From assembly GCA_965214035.1 (NCBI GenBank), contig OZ243932.1:1768305-1832304 (forward strand): 64,000 nucleotides of DNA, read 5' to 3'. The DNA comes from Gammaproteobacteria bacterium (GTDB lineage: Bacteria; Pseudomonadota; Gammaproteobacteria; JAJDYQ01). The translations under genes were made by a program, and so were the position numbers. Below the pieces are notes generated by a model, which saw nothing but the letters and a program-made list of their open reading frames with translations, had not been told where the DNA came from and ran no database searches. The first letter of the stretch is position 1, and each line of letters begins with the position of its first letter. This document shows, piece by piece, positions 8,693 to 20,500 of the stretch.

Positions 8693-11233
8693 ATGACTAA
8701 TGAACCGAATTTCACGGCTATCGGCAATGAGACGGATAAAATTGAGGTCCGTCTCAGTTATAAAATCGTCGAGCTGTTTTCCGAAGGGCTCTATACCAGC
8801 CCGAATAAGGCCATTGAGGAACTCGTTGCCAATTCCTTTGATGCCGGAGCTCGGGTAGTTCACGTATTTCTCTCGTCGAATCTGCACGATCAGGATGCGA
8901 CGATTGTGGTCTTTGATGATGGCGAGGGCATGGATCCGGAGGGTCTGAAACGCCACTGGCTTATCGGTACCAGTAACAAGCGCAAGTTATCGGTACTCCC
9001 AAAAGGCAGGCAGCAGATCGGAAAGTTCGGGATCGGGAAGCTGGCTACGTATGTGCTCTCCAATCGTCTGACTCATATCAGCAAGTGTAGCGATAAGTAT
9101 TTCTCGACATCCATGGATTATCAAACTATTGACAGGCGGGTTGACCAGGAAATCGAACCGAAGGTGCCCATCAAGCTTGCCCTCCGGGAACTGACCGAGA
9201 ATGAGGCGGAGCAGGCTGTTGAACAATGGATAAAGACCCCGGCGTTCAAAGCTGCGAAGACCGTGCTGTTCGGTAAGGAAAGTCCGGCAACTTGGACGCT
9301 CAGCATCATGTCGTCGCTCAAGCCAAAAGTACATGAGGTCAAGCCAGGGACCCTCGGATGGATTCTGCGCACCGCTCTTCCTCTCCGACCCGACTTCCAA
9401 ATCTGGCTGAACGGCCGGAAATTGAAATCCAGCAAAGCAAGTAAAGACCTGCTCCAACGGTGGGTTCTTGGCAAAGACCTCACCGAACTTCCCAGACCAG
9501 GCCCCAAACAAATTAATGTACAGGAAGACGCGAACGCTGCCACATCCAACGAACATCGCTACGGGCTTGATGTACCAGAACTCGGGCGCATCACGGGATA
9601 TGTGGAGACTTACAAGGATCTCCTTACCGGAGGAAAATCGGATGAGATCGGCCGAAGCTACGGGTTTTTTGTCTATGTGTACGGACGACTTCTCAATGTT
9701 GATGACGGACACTTCGGTATATCTCCAGACGAATTGAGACACGGCACGTTCGGGCGCTTCCGCCTTGTTGTCCATATGGATGGTCTGGATAAAGGACTGC
9801 GGTCGAACCGAGAGGCAATCGGCGAAGGGCCATTGCTTGGCGCGGCCCAAGATGTACTGCGAGCAATCTTTAACGCGGTGCGTCCTATCATCGAGACGCA
9901 TGACAAGGAAGAGGCACCGGGAGCAAAATTGGCTCGCATGATGGCAGCCAGCCCTGCCAGCCTGTCTCGCCAACCAATCGTAACCCTGTCACGTGCGGTT
10001 GCAGACGGCACCGCCAAATCCCGCTACTTGATCGTCCCAGAGTGTGAAACAGAGGAAGAGAGGGAGACCTTCCTCGCCGATCTCGAAAGCCGGGCCGGCA
10101 ACGAGGCAGAACGCTTTATCACTGATGTCAAGACCGACTTCAAAGGATCGTCTCTTGATGGAATTGCCAAATTCGATACGCAGTCAGGCGTTTTGCACCT
10201 AAATGCGTGGCATCCCTTTATCGCTACTTTCCACGACGAATTCACGGACAAGCGGCTTGGACAGCCGTTGGAGTTACTGGCCATGGCTGAAGTTCTCATG
10301 GAGGCGCACCTCCATATCACTGGTGTCGATACCTCGAAAATTGAGAGCTTTCTCTCGTTACGCGATCTGCTATTGCGAAATCTCACCAATGAATCAGGCC
10401 GGCAGAGCGCCTTATCGGTGGCCAACACACTCTCGGAGGCGCGTAACAACCCGGGCCGTCTGGAAGAAGCCGTTTGCAACGCATTCCGCAGCCTTGGCTT
10501 CGACATAACGCCTCTTGGAAACAAAGTTAAACCGGATGGCGTAGCAGCCGCTCACTTATCTGCCGATGAGCAGGGATCTCGAAGTTATAAAGTAAGCCTA
10601 GAGGCGAAGAGTAAGGAAACATCTGGTACAGCGGTTTCTGCGAAGGACATTGGAATCTCCAGAGTCGCTCGACATCGAGATAATTACGAATGCGATCACG
10701 CGATAGTTGTAGCGCCAGCATTTCCGACATCTCAAGGTGGAGGTTCTGCCTTGGGAGAGGAAATTAAAACTAACCGGGAACAATCGGGTAAAACCATCAC
10801 TCTCATTGCTATCGATGATCTCGCCAGGCTCGTTCGACTTCGGCCTGTAAAGCAGGTCGGTCTCCTGAAACTCCGGGAATTGTTTCAGTGCAGCCTCCCC
10901 AACCAAAGCCATGAATGGGTCGAATCTATTCATAAAAAAACCGTGAAAAAGCCTCCTTACCGCCAGATCGTCGAAACGATTCAGTCGTTACAAAGAAAAC
11001 ATCAGAAAGAACCGGTTGACTACTCTGCACTTCGCATTGAACTCAGCCACCTCGATCCCCCTATTAATTACCAGACAAACGACAAACTCTTCGAGTTGTG
11101 CAGGGGAATGATGCAAATGGCCCCGGGTGCGATGTTCGCAGGCCCTAAGACGGTTGAGCTTGACCAAAGTGCAGATAATGTGGTCGCTGCCATTGAGGCG
11201 GCCATGCAGGACTATCCACCGGATGAACGCTAA
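8693..11233 (+). CDS. GHKL/MORC-type ATPase fused to C-terminal PD-(D/E)xK (Mrr-like) endonuclease
   Basis: IEELVANSFDA, DDGEGM and GKFGIGKLA GHKL motifs; C-terminal EEAVCNAFRSLGF..KPDG..LEAKSK nuclease signature. Confidence 0.8.
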   Translation: MTNEPNFTAIGNETDKIEVRLSYKIVELFSEGLYTSPNKAIEELVANSFDAGARVVHVFLSSNLHDQDATIVVFDDGEGMDPEGLKRHWLIGTSNKRKLSVLPKGRQQIGKFGIGKLATYVLSNRLTHISKCSDKYFSTSMDYQTIDRRVDQEIEPKVPIKLALRELTENEAEQAVEQWIKTPAFKAAKTVLFGKESPATWTLSIMSSLKPKVHEVKPGTLGWILRTALPLRPDFQIWLNGRKLKSSKASKDLLQRWVLGKDLTELPRPGPKQINVQEDANAATSNEHRYGLDVPELGRITGYVETYKDLLTGGKSDEIGRSYGFFVYVYGRLLNVDDGHFGISPDELRHGTFGRFRLVVHMDGLDKGLRSNREAIGEGPLLGAAQDVLRAIFNAVRPIIETHDKEEAPGAKLARMMAASPASLSRQPIVTLSRAVADGTAKSRYLIVPECETEEERETFLADLESRAGNEAERFITDVKTDFKGSSLDGIAKFDTQSGVLHLNAWHPFIATFHDEFTDKRLGQPLELLAMAEVLMEAHLHITGVDTSKIESFLSLRDLLLRNLTNESGRQSALSVANTLSEARNNPGRLEEAVCNAFRSLGFDITPLGNKVKPDGVAAAHLSADEQGSRSYKVSLEAKSKETSGTAVSAKDIGISRVARHRDNYECDHAIVVAPAFPTSQGGGSALGEEIKTNREQSGKTITLIAIDDLARLVRLRPVKQVGLLKLRELFQCSLPNQSHEWVESIHKKTVKKPPYRQIVETIQSLQRKHQKEPVDYSALRIELSHLDPPINYQTNDKLFELCRGMMQMAPGAMFAGPKTVELDQSADNVVAAIEAAMQDYPPDER

Positions 11234-11251
11234 AGAAATGAGCATAAACCG

Positions 11252-12487
11252 ATGAACACACCTCGCGAAAAAAACATCTATGAAATTCTCGGACGCAACT
11301 CGGTTCATCCGTTCCCTGCACGGATGGCACCGGGTCTTGCGCTTGAGGTCATTGCAGAATGCCGGAAACCGCTGCGTATTCTCGACCCGATGTCAGGGTC
11401 CGGTACAGTGCTCGCTGTCGCACAGGCCAAAGGGCATCAGGCGGTCGGTACTGACCTTGACCCCCTCGCCGTACTGATTTCCAGAGCATGGACAACCGCT
11501 ATTGATGTCGAATGCCTGCGGGATACGGCTGCCAATGTGTTGCTTGAGGCCCGCCAGATATTCAAATGTCTGCCGACACGGGACGCCTATCCCGTGAACT
11601 CGGACCCTGAGACCCGAAAATTTGTAAGGTACTGGTTTGATGGTTATGCACGGCGACAGCTAACTTCACTGACCAGGGCAATACAGGGAGTTCAGGACAG
11701 CTCAATCCGGGATGCACTCTGGTGCGCCTTTTCACGCCTGATCATCAGCAAGCAGTCCGGTGCATCGCTGGCGATGGACTTGTCTCACAGCCGCCCGCAT
11801 CGGAAGTTTGGACGCGCCCCCGCAAAACCCTTTCGCAAATTTTTGTTCGCCGTGGAACGTGTTGCTGCAAACAGTATCGATAAAAAGAACCAGAGGCCCG
11901 GTGGCGTGCAGGTTTATGAAGGAGATGCCCGCCGCCTTGAACTCATCGATGGTTCCATTGATCTGGCGATCACGTCTCCTCCGTATCTGAATGCGATTGA
12001 CTACCTGCGATGCAGTAAATTTTCGCTGGTATGGATGGGCTACTCCGTCGGCGAAATCCGCCGCATCAGGGCAAGGACAGTCGGCGCTGAAGTGGGAGCA
12101 GGGTCACACGATGCCCAAGCGACTCAAAGGGTGTTGTCCGAACTAAAGTTGCAACCGAAACTACCCGCTCGACAGGAAGCCATTCTCACCCGTTACATCA
12201 ACGACATGCAGCGTTCAATCAATGAGATATCCCGGGTTCTCACAAACGACGGGAAGGCCGTATATGTGGTTGGCGAGAATACGATACACGGTACATTTAT
12301 CCCCAATGCCGACATTATGGAGGCCACCGCCCGTATTGCCGGCCTGCGATGTATTGCGCGTCGTTCCAGAGAGCTGCCGGCGAACCGCCGGTACCTGCCC
12401 CCTCCATCGCAACAACGACAAGCCGCAGCACTTGACAAGCGTCTAAGGCGCGAGGTAATACTCACATTCCAGAAAGCAGCAGCTTAG
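11252..12487 (+). CDS. Site-specific DNA amino-methyltransferase (probably N4-cytosine, alpha order)
   Basis: HPFPARM, ILDPMSGSGT motif I, DLDP, ITSPPYLNAIDY motif IV. Confidence 0.85.
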   Translation: MNTPREKNIYEILGRNSVHPFPARMAPGLALEVIAECRKPLRILDPMSGSGTVLAVAQAKGHQAVGTDLDPLAVLISRAWTTAIDVECLRDTAANVLLEARQIFKCLPTRDAYPVNSDPETRKFVRYWFDGYARRQLTSLTRAIQGVQDSSIRDALWCAFSRLIISKQSGASLAMDLSHSRPHRKFGRAPAKPFRKFLFAVERVAANSIDKKNQRPGGVQVYEGDARRLELIDGSIDLAITSPPYLNAIDYLRCSKFSLVWMGYSVGEIRRIRARTVGAEVGAGSHDAQATQRVLSELKLQPKLPARQEAILTRYINDMQRSINEISRVLTNDGKAVYVVGENTIHGTFIPNADIMEATARIAGLRCIARRSRELPANRRYLPPPSQQRQAAALDKRLRREVILTFQKAAA

Positions 12488-12516
12488 TGTCATATTGATT
12501 GAGGATTACCTCTAAC

Positions 12517-12711
12517 ATGCAAAACCGAAAAGAATCAAAGCTGGACACAGAAAAAATCATCAGGAAAAACAAGAACATCGACAAGGCGGTCGTTTCTGCC
12601 CACGAACCGCTGGAGCAGGAACTGAGCAAACTGGGCGTGGAGACTAAACCCACATTTAACATTGAGCCACCCCTAGGGTGTTCCAGCATCACTGGAACAA
12701 ACTTTTTCTGA
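12517..12711 (+). CDS. Small charged hypothetical protein
   Basis: GAGGA upstream of ATG 12517; fills the gap between the MTase and convergent fkpB. Confidence 0.45.
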   Translation: MQNRKESKLDTEKIIRKNKNIDKAVVSAHEPLEQELSKLGVETKPTFNIEPPLGCSSITGTNFF

Positions 12712-12716
12712 TGCCC

Positions 12717-13157
12717 CTAAACAACCTTCAGAATCTTTACCCTGTACAGCAAATCATGGCCGGCGAGTGGATGATTAAAGTCAACCAGCACACTATTCGC
12801 TGAAATTTTCCTGATGGCTCCGGCTACTTCATCGCCCGATGGTGTGGTAAAGGCAATAATCTGGTTTTCTTCAGGTCGGGCATCGGCGGGAAAATCACTC
12901 AGGGGTACTTCATGGATGTTCTTTGGGTCGTAAAAACCAAATGTTTGATCGGGCGTCATGGTCACGGTTTGTTCGTTGCCGGCCCTGAGACCATACAGCG
13001 CCATTTCCAGACCTTCGTTCAGGCTGCCGTCGCCCATGGTAAATTCCAGTGGCTCCCCATCAAACGTGTCCTCTGCTACCGTGCCGTCTTCCAGGGCGAG
13101 TGAAAGGTGCATGGTGATGTGGCTGCCTGGTACGATTTCACTCATCATCGGTTCCAT
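12717..13157 (-). CDS. fkpB: FKBP-type peptidyl-prolyl isomerase SlpA/FkpB
   Basis: VDFNHPLAG motif; conserved position after lspA. Confidence 0.92.
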   Translation of the reverse strand: MEPMMSEIVPGSHITMHLSLALEDGTVAEDTFDGEPLEFTMGDGSLNEGLEMALYGLRAGNEQTVTMTPDQTFGFYDPKNIHEVPLSDFPADARPEENQIIAFTTPSGDEVAGAIRKISANSVLVDFNHPLAGHDLLYRVKILKVV

Positions 13158-13650
13158 GGCGCTGATTAACGAACAGGTCGTACATCAGTAAAATCACGCC
13201 GACTGTAATCGCTGAATCGGCAATGTTAAATATCGGCCAGTGGTATCGCTGATAATAGATATCAATGAAGTCGATCACGTAACCGAGCCAGACACGGTCA
13301 ATCAGGTTGCCAATGGCACCACCGAGAATCAGTGCCAGTGCGGCCGCATGTAGCCTTTCCTGGGCCCGCATGTTCCATATCCAGCGCAGTATGATGCCAC
13401 AGATAATGAGGGTGAGTACGATGAAGAACCAGCGCTGCCAGCCACCGGCATCACTGAGGAAGCTAAAGGCCGCACCGGTATTGTATGCCAGGGTTAAATT
13501 GAACATGGGCATAACCGGTATGGGCTGGTGATATTGTAGCGCAGACTGGGCCCATAACTTGGTCAGTTGATCCAGTACGACCACCAGAAAAGACAGCAGC
13601 AGCCAGTGTCTGGCATATGGCCATCGTGTTGCAGCAATTTTTGACATCAA
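13138..13650 (-). CDS. lspA: Lipoprotein signal peptidase II
   Basis: [31 protein letters not shown]. Confidence 0.96.
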   Translation of the reverse strand: MMSKIAATRWPYARHWLLLSFLVVVLDQLTKLWAQSALQYHQPIPVMPMFNLTLAYNTGAAFSFLSDAGGWQRWFFIVLTLIICGIILRWIWNMRAQERLHAAALALILGGAIGNLIDRVWLGYVIDFIDIYYQRYHWPIFNIADSAITVGVILLMYDLFVNQRHGTDDE

Positions 13651-16481
13651 ACATGTAAACGGCGTTCACCGTCACCATCCACATTTTCGACACAGCGCCC
13701 GCACAGGGTCTTGTGCTCAGGGTGCGAACCAACATCTTCACGATGGTGCCAGCAGCGCTCACATTTATTATGGCTGGTCGCCCTGACCGTCATCCATAAA
13801 TCATCCCTGCCTTCTGCCATCACAGCATCATCCGGTTTTTTGTTCAGAGGATGCACTCGTGCATAAGAGGTAATGAATACAAAGCGCAATTCGTCACCGA
13901 GCTGGTTTAGCATTTCCATGGTGCGGTCATCGCAGTAAATATCAACTTCTGCCTCCAGAGAGGAGCCTATTATTTTTTCCTTGCGCGCCTTTTCCAATTC
14001 ACGGGAGATCTGATCACGTATCGACATGATGCCGGCCCAGAATTGATCATTGAATATCTGTTCCTCATGCCCTGCCGTTTGTTCATACCATTGATTCAGG
14101 AAAACCGATTCATTCCGTTCTCCGGGCATGTGCTTCCAGATTTCCTCGGCCGTAAAGCTCAGGATGGGTGCCAGCCAGCGTACCAGAGCCTCGGCGATAT
14201 CAAACATGGCAGCCTGTGCAGAGCGGCGGGCAGTCGAGTCGGTGCGCATGGTATAGATTCGGTCCTTGAGAATATCGAGGTAGAATGAGCCCATATCCAC
14301 GGTACAGAAATTATGTACTTTCTGGTAGATCAGGTGAAAGTTGAAATCGTTATAAGACTGTATCAATTCTTGTTGCAGTTGGGCCGTACGCCTGATTGCC
14401 CAGCGGTCCAGTGACAGCATATCCGCCACATCAACGCGGTTGCTGGCCGGGTCAAAGCCTTCCAGATTGGCCAGCAGATAACGGACTGTGTTCCGCATAC
14501 GACGATAGGATTCGGATATCCGCTTGAGAATTTCATCTGAAACATGCATCTCATTACGGTAGTCTGTGGCCGCCACCCACAGGCGCAGAACATCAGCCCC
14601 CAACTGTCCTACTACTTTCTGTGGCTGTACCACATTGCCAAGGGACTTGGACATTTTTCTGCCATCCTTGTCAACCGTAAATCCATGTGTCAGTACATTT
14701 TTATAGGGCGGCACGCCATTCATGCCGACAGCCGTCAACAGGGAAGAATGAAACCATCCGCGATGTTGGTCTGAACCTTCCAGGTAAAGATCAGCCGGGT
14801 AGCGCAGGTCATCGTGACGCTCCAGTACACCGTGATGCGTGGAACCAGAGTCAAACCAGACATCGAGTATATCGGTCACCTTGATGTACTGACCGGCGAC
14901 ATCTCCCAGCAGTTCTTCCGGTTCAAGTTCAAGCCAGGCATCAATACCATCCTTTTCAACTCTTTTTGCAATCTGTTCAATCAGCTCAATGGTGTTCGAA
15001 TGCGGTTCTCCGGTGTCCTTGTGAATAAAAATGGGGATTGGAACCCCCCATGTGCGCTGACGGGAGATACACCAGTCCGGACGATTTTCAATCATGCCGC
15101 GAATACGTGCCTGACCCCAGTCCGGGGTCCAACTGACATGATCAATGGCCTTCAGCGCATTTTCACGCAGGCCATTTTGATCCATACTGATAAACCACTG
15201 GGGTGTCGCCCGGAAAATGGTTGGGGACTTGTGACGCCAGCAGTGCGGATAGGAATGCGACAGTTCGGCGACATGCAGTAATCGGCCATGCTCGCTGAGC
15301 ACATTCACTATCGCATCATTGGCCTTCATAACAAACTGACCTGCAAATAACCGGGTGCCTTCAATAAAGCAGCCATCGCTGCCCACCGGATTATTGATCG
15401 GCAGGTTATATTTCTGTCCAACATTAAAATCATCGGCGCCATGTCCAGGGGCTGTATGAACGGCACCGGTACCCGCATCCGTTGTAACGTGCTCACCCAG
15501 TATCACGGGCACTAGGCGTTCATAGAACGGGTGCTGCAATAGCAAACCCTCAAGTCTGTCGCCCGCCACACGGGACAGCACTTCTCTGTTTTCAGCTCCA
15601 TAACGTTTCAGGCAGGCTTCGCTCAATGTATCGGCCAGCACGATGATTTCCTCCGCGCCGTCAATGCAGACCCGACTTATGGAATATTCCAGGTCGGGAT
15701 GCAGACATACTGCCTGATTGGCCGGCAGCGTCCATGGCGTGGTAGTCCAGATCAAAATACTGGCTGGCATTCCTTCTGTGTTGACACCCGTGGCAGAGTG
15801 GAATGCAGCCATGTCTTCTACCTGAAAACGCACGTCAATCGCCGGCGATATTCTGTCCTGGTATTCTACCTCGGCCTCGGCCAGGGCGGAGCGGCAGTCG
15901 GTACACCAGTAAACCGGCTTATACCCTCTGTGTAGATGCCCATTTTCAATCAGCCTGCCAAGCGAGCGCATAATGTCTGCTTCAAAATCATAGTTCATGG
16001 TGAAGTAGGGTTTTTGCCAGTCACCTGTTATACCCAGGCGTATAAAGTCCTTCCGCTGTCTGTCGATCTGCTTATCGGCGTATTCACGGCAGGCATCGCG
16101 AAATTCACGTGTACTGATTTTCCGGCCCGGACGGCCTTTTTTCTTTTCGACCTGATGCTCAATCGGCAGGCCATGGCAGTCCCAGCCCGGAATATAAGGG
16201 GCATCAAAGCCGCTCAGTGTCTTTGATTTAATGATAATGTCTTTCAATATCTTGTTGACGGCATGACCAATATGGATATCGCCATTTGCGTAAGGCGGCC
16301 CATCATGCAAAATATATTTCGGCCTGTTCCGGCCCTGCTCTCTCATCTTCGAGTAAAGCTCGATCTCGTCCCAGAACTTCAGTATTTCCGGTTCGCGCTG
16401 TGCCAAACCAGCCTTCATCGGGAACGCTGTCTTTGGCAGATTCAAGGTTGCCTTGTAATTCATTTTTTTTTCGTTGCTCAT
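13647..16481 (-). CDS. ileS: Isoleucine--tRNA ligase
   Basis: [19 protein letters not shown]-terminal Zn finger CERCW..CGRC. Confidence 0.98.
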   Translation of the reverse strand: MSNEKKMNYKATLNLPKTAFPMKAGLAQREPEILKFWDEIELYSKMREQGRNRPKYILHDGPPYANGDIHIGHAVNKILKDIIIKSKTLSGFDAPYIPGWDCHGLPIEHQVEKKKGRPGRKISTREFRDACREYADKQIDRQRKDFIRLGITGDWQKPYFTMNYDFEADIMRSLGRLIENGHLHRGYKPVYWCTDCRSALAEAEVEYQDRISPAIDVRFQVEDMAAFHSATGVNTEGMPASILIWTTTPWTLPANQAVCLHPDLEYSISRVCIDGAEEIIVLADTLSEACLKRYGAENREVLSRVAGDRLEGLLLQHPFYERLVPVILGEHVTTDAGTGAVHTAPGHGADDFNVGQKYNLPINNPVGSDGCFIEGTRLFAGQFVMKANDAIVNVLSEHGRLLHVAELSHSYPHCWRHKSPTIFRATPQWFISMDQNGLRENALKAIDHVSWTPDWGQARIRGMIENRPDWCISRQRTWGVPIPIFIHKDTGEPHSNTIELIEQIAKRVEKDGIDAWLELEPEELLGDVAGQYIKVTDILDVWFDSGSTHHGVLERHDDLRYPADLYLEGSDQHRGWFHSSLLTAVGMNGVPPYKNVLTHGFTVDKDGRKMSKSLGNVVQPQKVVGQLGADVLRLWVAATDYRNEMHVSDEILKRISESYRRMRNTVRYLLANLEGFDPASNRVDVADMLSLDRWAIRRTAQLQQELIQSYNDFNFHLIYQKVHNFCTVDMGSFYLDILKDRIYTMRTDSTARRSAQAAMFDIAEALVRWLAPILSFTAEEIWKHMPGERNESVFLNQWYEQTAGHEEQIFNDQFWAGIMSIRDQISRELEKARKEKIIGSSLEAEVDIYCDDRTMEMLNQLGDELRFVFITSYARVHPLNKKPDDAVMAEGRDDLWMTVRATSHNKCERCWHHREDVGSHPEHKTLCGRCVENVDGDGERRLHV

Positions 16482-17407
16482 ATATCCAGTGCTTCTCTGG
16501 CAGCTTTTGCATCACGTTCAATCTGTAATGTCATTGCCTGTAAACTTTCAAATCTTTCTTCCTTGCGCAGATGTTTTATAAACTCCACATTGACTCGCCG
16601 ACCATAACAGTCACCCGACCAGTCGAATAAAAATACTTCCAGCATCCAGTCCACACCGTTCACCGTTGGTCGAGTACCAATACTGGCCACACCATTCAAA
16701 ATAACCCCATCCCCCACACCGGATACACGTGCTGCATAAACCCCGGATAACGGTGAATGTCGGCGACGCACCGGGATATTAATGGTCGGCCAGCCAATAT
16801 CACGCCCCAGTTTACGATCATGTACAATCCGGCCACACATGGTATAGGGGCGCCCCAGCAGCCGGTTCGCGGCTTCGATATCTCCACGATACAGCAATTC
16901 ACGAACGGCCGTACTGCTCACCCGACGCCTGGATGCCAGCACATCATCCATTCTTTGCAGCTCGAAATCATATCGATCTGCCGCAGCCTTTAGTACTTCA
17001 AAATCGCCGGCCCGGTCCCTGCCAAAGCGAAAGTCATCACCAACCAGCAGGTATTTCATATTTAATCGCCCGACAAGGATATGCTGAATAAAGTCCCCGG
17101 CACACATTTCCGCCAGATGGTGGTTAAAGTCCATCGCAATCACCTGATCGAGCGGCACTTCCCCCAACACTCGCAGCTTGTCCGCAAACCGATACAGACG
17201 AGCCGGTGCCTTCTCTCCAAGGAAAAATTCCAGTGGCTGCGGCTCAAAAATCATCAGCGAGGCGAGCAGATTCCGCTTTTCCGCCGCAACGACCAGTGAC
17301 CGAAGAATTTCCTGATGGCCAAGATGCAGACCATCGAAATTGCCGATTGTCAGTGCGCAGGGAACTGCCCCCTCAGCCAGATTCACCAAACCACGAACAA
17401 GTCGCAT
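16478..17407 (-). CDS. ribF: Bifunctional riboflavin kinase/FAD synthetase
   Basis: [33 protein letters not shown]; upstream of ileS. Confidence 0.96.
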   Translation of the reverse strand: MRLVRGLVNLAEGAVPCALTIGNFDGLHLGHQEILRSLVVAAEKRNLLASLMIFEPQPLEFFLGEKAPARLYRFADKLRVLGEVPLDQVIAMDFNHHLAEMCAGDFIQHILVGRLNMKYLLVGDDFRFGRDRAGDFEVLKAAADRYDFELQRMDDVLASRRRVSSTAVRELLYRGDIEAANRLLGRPYTMCGRIVHDRKLGRDIGWPTINIPVRRRHSPLSGVYAARVSGVGDGVILNGVASIGTRPTVNGVDWMLEVFLFDWSGDCYGRRVNVEFIKHLRKEERFESLQAMTLQIERDAKAAREALDI

Positions 17408-17573
17408 ACAACCGGTAACCGAATTTGATAAGGCTGAACATTATAACCGGATTTGCGGAGTTTTTGCTCGCCCGTATTGCTTCAAGAGCAAATGAACAGG
17501 CATTCGATCGGATACCTGACCGGATCAATAGACGAAGCCAGGAAAGCGGGACAGCGCTGCAGGCACCTAATCC

Positions 17574-20500
17574 TTAGTTCATCACAGGTGCTTCTATTGA
17601 TGTCCGACCTGTCAGTTTCTCCGCCAGAGTTTCATACGCATTCAGCAACAACGGCACCAGAACCAAAACCAGTACCGTCGAAAATCCCAGCCCAAAAACG
17701 ATGGAGGTGGCCATCGGGATTAAAAACTGTGCCTGTACCGAAGTTTCAAATAACAGTGGTGTCAGTCCGGCAATCGTGGTCAGTGACGTGAGCAATACGG
17801 CACGCAGGCGTCGCACCGAGGCCTCCACAATGGCCTGTTGTCGCGGCATGCCTTCCTTGCGCAGGTGCCGGTAAAATGTCACCAGAATAATTGAATCGTT
17901 GACGACAATGCCGGCGAGCCCAAACAGACCGAACAATGAAAGAACCGTTAAGTTAATACCAGTCAGCCAATGCCCCAGTATGGCACCGATGATGGCGAAC
18001 GGAATAATCGCTATCACTACCAGCGGCCAGCCATAGGATGAAAATATCCAGGCCAGTATGAGGTAGATCAGCGCTAATGCGAACAGCGAACCGATCTTCA
18101 TTTCACTGAAAGTCTGCTGCTGATCGGCGGCATTGCCGACGGCGGCAAATTCAATGTTATAGCGTGCCGCAATATCGGGCAGCGCATGAGTCAATATCTC
18201 ATTGGTGATTTCATTGGCATTGCCCTGTGTCTCATCGATATCGGCCGAGACTTCGAGTGCCAGTCGGCCTTTTTCATGGCGCAGTATTTCAAAGCCGCGC
18301 TGATGATGGAAATCAACCAGTGACCCCAGGACAGCCTGCTCGCCATCCGGCAGTATGACAGGTAATGACTCCAGCATGGAAAAACCATTGCGCTGTTCGT
18401 CGTGCAATACAGTGCGCACCTCGATTTCATCAAAGCCATCCTGGAAAATTTGCACGGTGAAACCATCATATGCCGCTCGCATCTGCTGACTGATCGCCTC
18501 GGTGGTAATGCCCAGCGATTTACCCTGTGCATTGAGCTTGAAGATAAGCTGGGTCTGACCGTATGGCATATCGTCATCGATACTGAATACCGAGCGGGTA
18601 TTATTCAGAATCTCTTTCAATGCCTCAGCCGCCTTCTTCAGTTGCAGTGGTGATGAGCCGGTTAACTGGAATGTCAGATCGCGTCCACCCGGCCCGGCCT
18701 GCCGACTGGTAATCAGCAGATTTTCCAGTGCCGCCGGTTCATTGACACGTGAGCGCAACTGGCGAATAAATTCAGGGTTACGCATATCACGTTCATCGGA
18801 GGCAGTCAGTTCGATCAGGATACTGGCGTAGCGGTCACCTCTTTGCGAGCTGCGACTGTGACGGCTGAGGTTTTCACCGAGGCGGCTGGAGTACAACAGA
18901 ATAACACCGGGAAACTCCTCACTCATATCATCCAGCGCCTTTTCCACGGTCACCACGTAGTCACGGACGATATGGCGCGGCGTACCGGCAGCGAACTGGA
19001 TATTGGCTGATATCTGACCGGATTCTGTTTGTGGCATGAAGGTAAATGGAATACGCTTGCCGGCCAACAAACCAATGGTAACGATAACCATAGCCAGCAA
19101 AATCATCAGGGTATGCCATGGGTGGGCGATACAGCATTCAACCCAGCGGCGAAAGTATCGGTCACGGAAGTGGTCAAACCAGCCTTCCATCTGCCGGCGT
19201 CGATTCGAGATTTTTCCGAGCGAACGCATACGCTCAAAGGAATAGCGTAAGTGACCGGGGAGAATCAAAAAGCTCTCAACCAGCGAAGCCAGTATGGCGC
19301 AGATAATCACCAACGGTATGGCGAACAACAGCTTGCCAATAAAGCCACCGAGCATCATCAAAGGTATGAAGGCGGCAACCGTTGTCAGCGATGAAGAAAT
19401 GACAGGCGCAAGCATACGCCAGGCACCGCCTTCGGCAGCGGAGAGTGGTGACTCACCCATCTGATAGTGGGTCATGGCATCCTCTCCCACCACAATAGCA
19501 TCATCAACGATAATACCCACAGCCATGATAAGGCCAAACAGGCTGACCATGTTGATCGAACCACCAAACACATACAACACCGCCAGTGCCGCCATAAAGG
19601 AAACCGGAATTCCGACCGCAACCCAGAACGCTACTGGGCCACGCAAAAAGAAAAACAGAATGGCAATAACCAGTATCAGGCCGGTAAGTCCATTCTCCAG
19701 CAACAGGTTGATGCGCTGCATAATGTACTGCCAGCGTTCATCATAGACCCGTATGCCTATTCCAGGCGGCAATGTGGGTTTGGTCTCAGCCAGCCATTCT
19801 GCAAGGATGCGGGCCGATTTCAGGCTGTCAAAACCTTCGATACGAAGCAGACGCAGCTCAATAGCCGGATATCCCCGGTAGCTCATCGTAGTCTGGTTAT
19901 CGCGGGCACGGCGTTCAATACTGGCAACATCACCCAGACGCAGGGTCTGACCGGCAAAATTCAGTGGCACTTCGGCATATTCTTCGACCTGTTTAATTTT
20001 ATCCGGGCTGCGTAGTTGCTGGCTCAATAGATTACGGTTGATATTGCCAACCGGTGCTCCGGCACTGAGCCGGGCAATATGCCGCCCAAGCTGATCCAGC
20101 GAGATATTCATTTCCTGCATGTCTTCGATGGAAAGCTGAATGGCAATTTCCTGCTTTTCCAATCCGGTCATTTCAACGCTGGATATGCCACGCTCCAGTA
20201 GCTCTCTTTGCAGTCGTTGCGCCAGTTCTGGCAAGGCGCGCGCATCGTGTTCGCTCCAGATTAACAGCCTTGCCACACGTTCATAAATGGTCATCCGGGT
20301 AACTTCTGGTTGCTCGATATCGGCAGGCAAATCCCGGATCAGCGCGATCTTTTCCTGTACCTGATCCAGAGCGCGTGGCATATCGGTACCGGTTTCATAT
20401 TCGAGCGTGATGGAAGAAATTCCTTCGACCGAAGTTGAAGTCATGGTGCGCAGATTTTCCTGGGTGCGTAACGCCTCTTCTATTCGATTGGTCAAACCAT

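Noticed and set aside
8987-9973. 328-aa antisense ORF within the MORC gene
   Set aside because: Fully nested, no motifs; the sense gene is well supported
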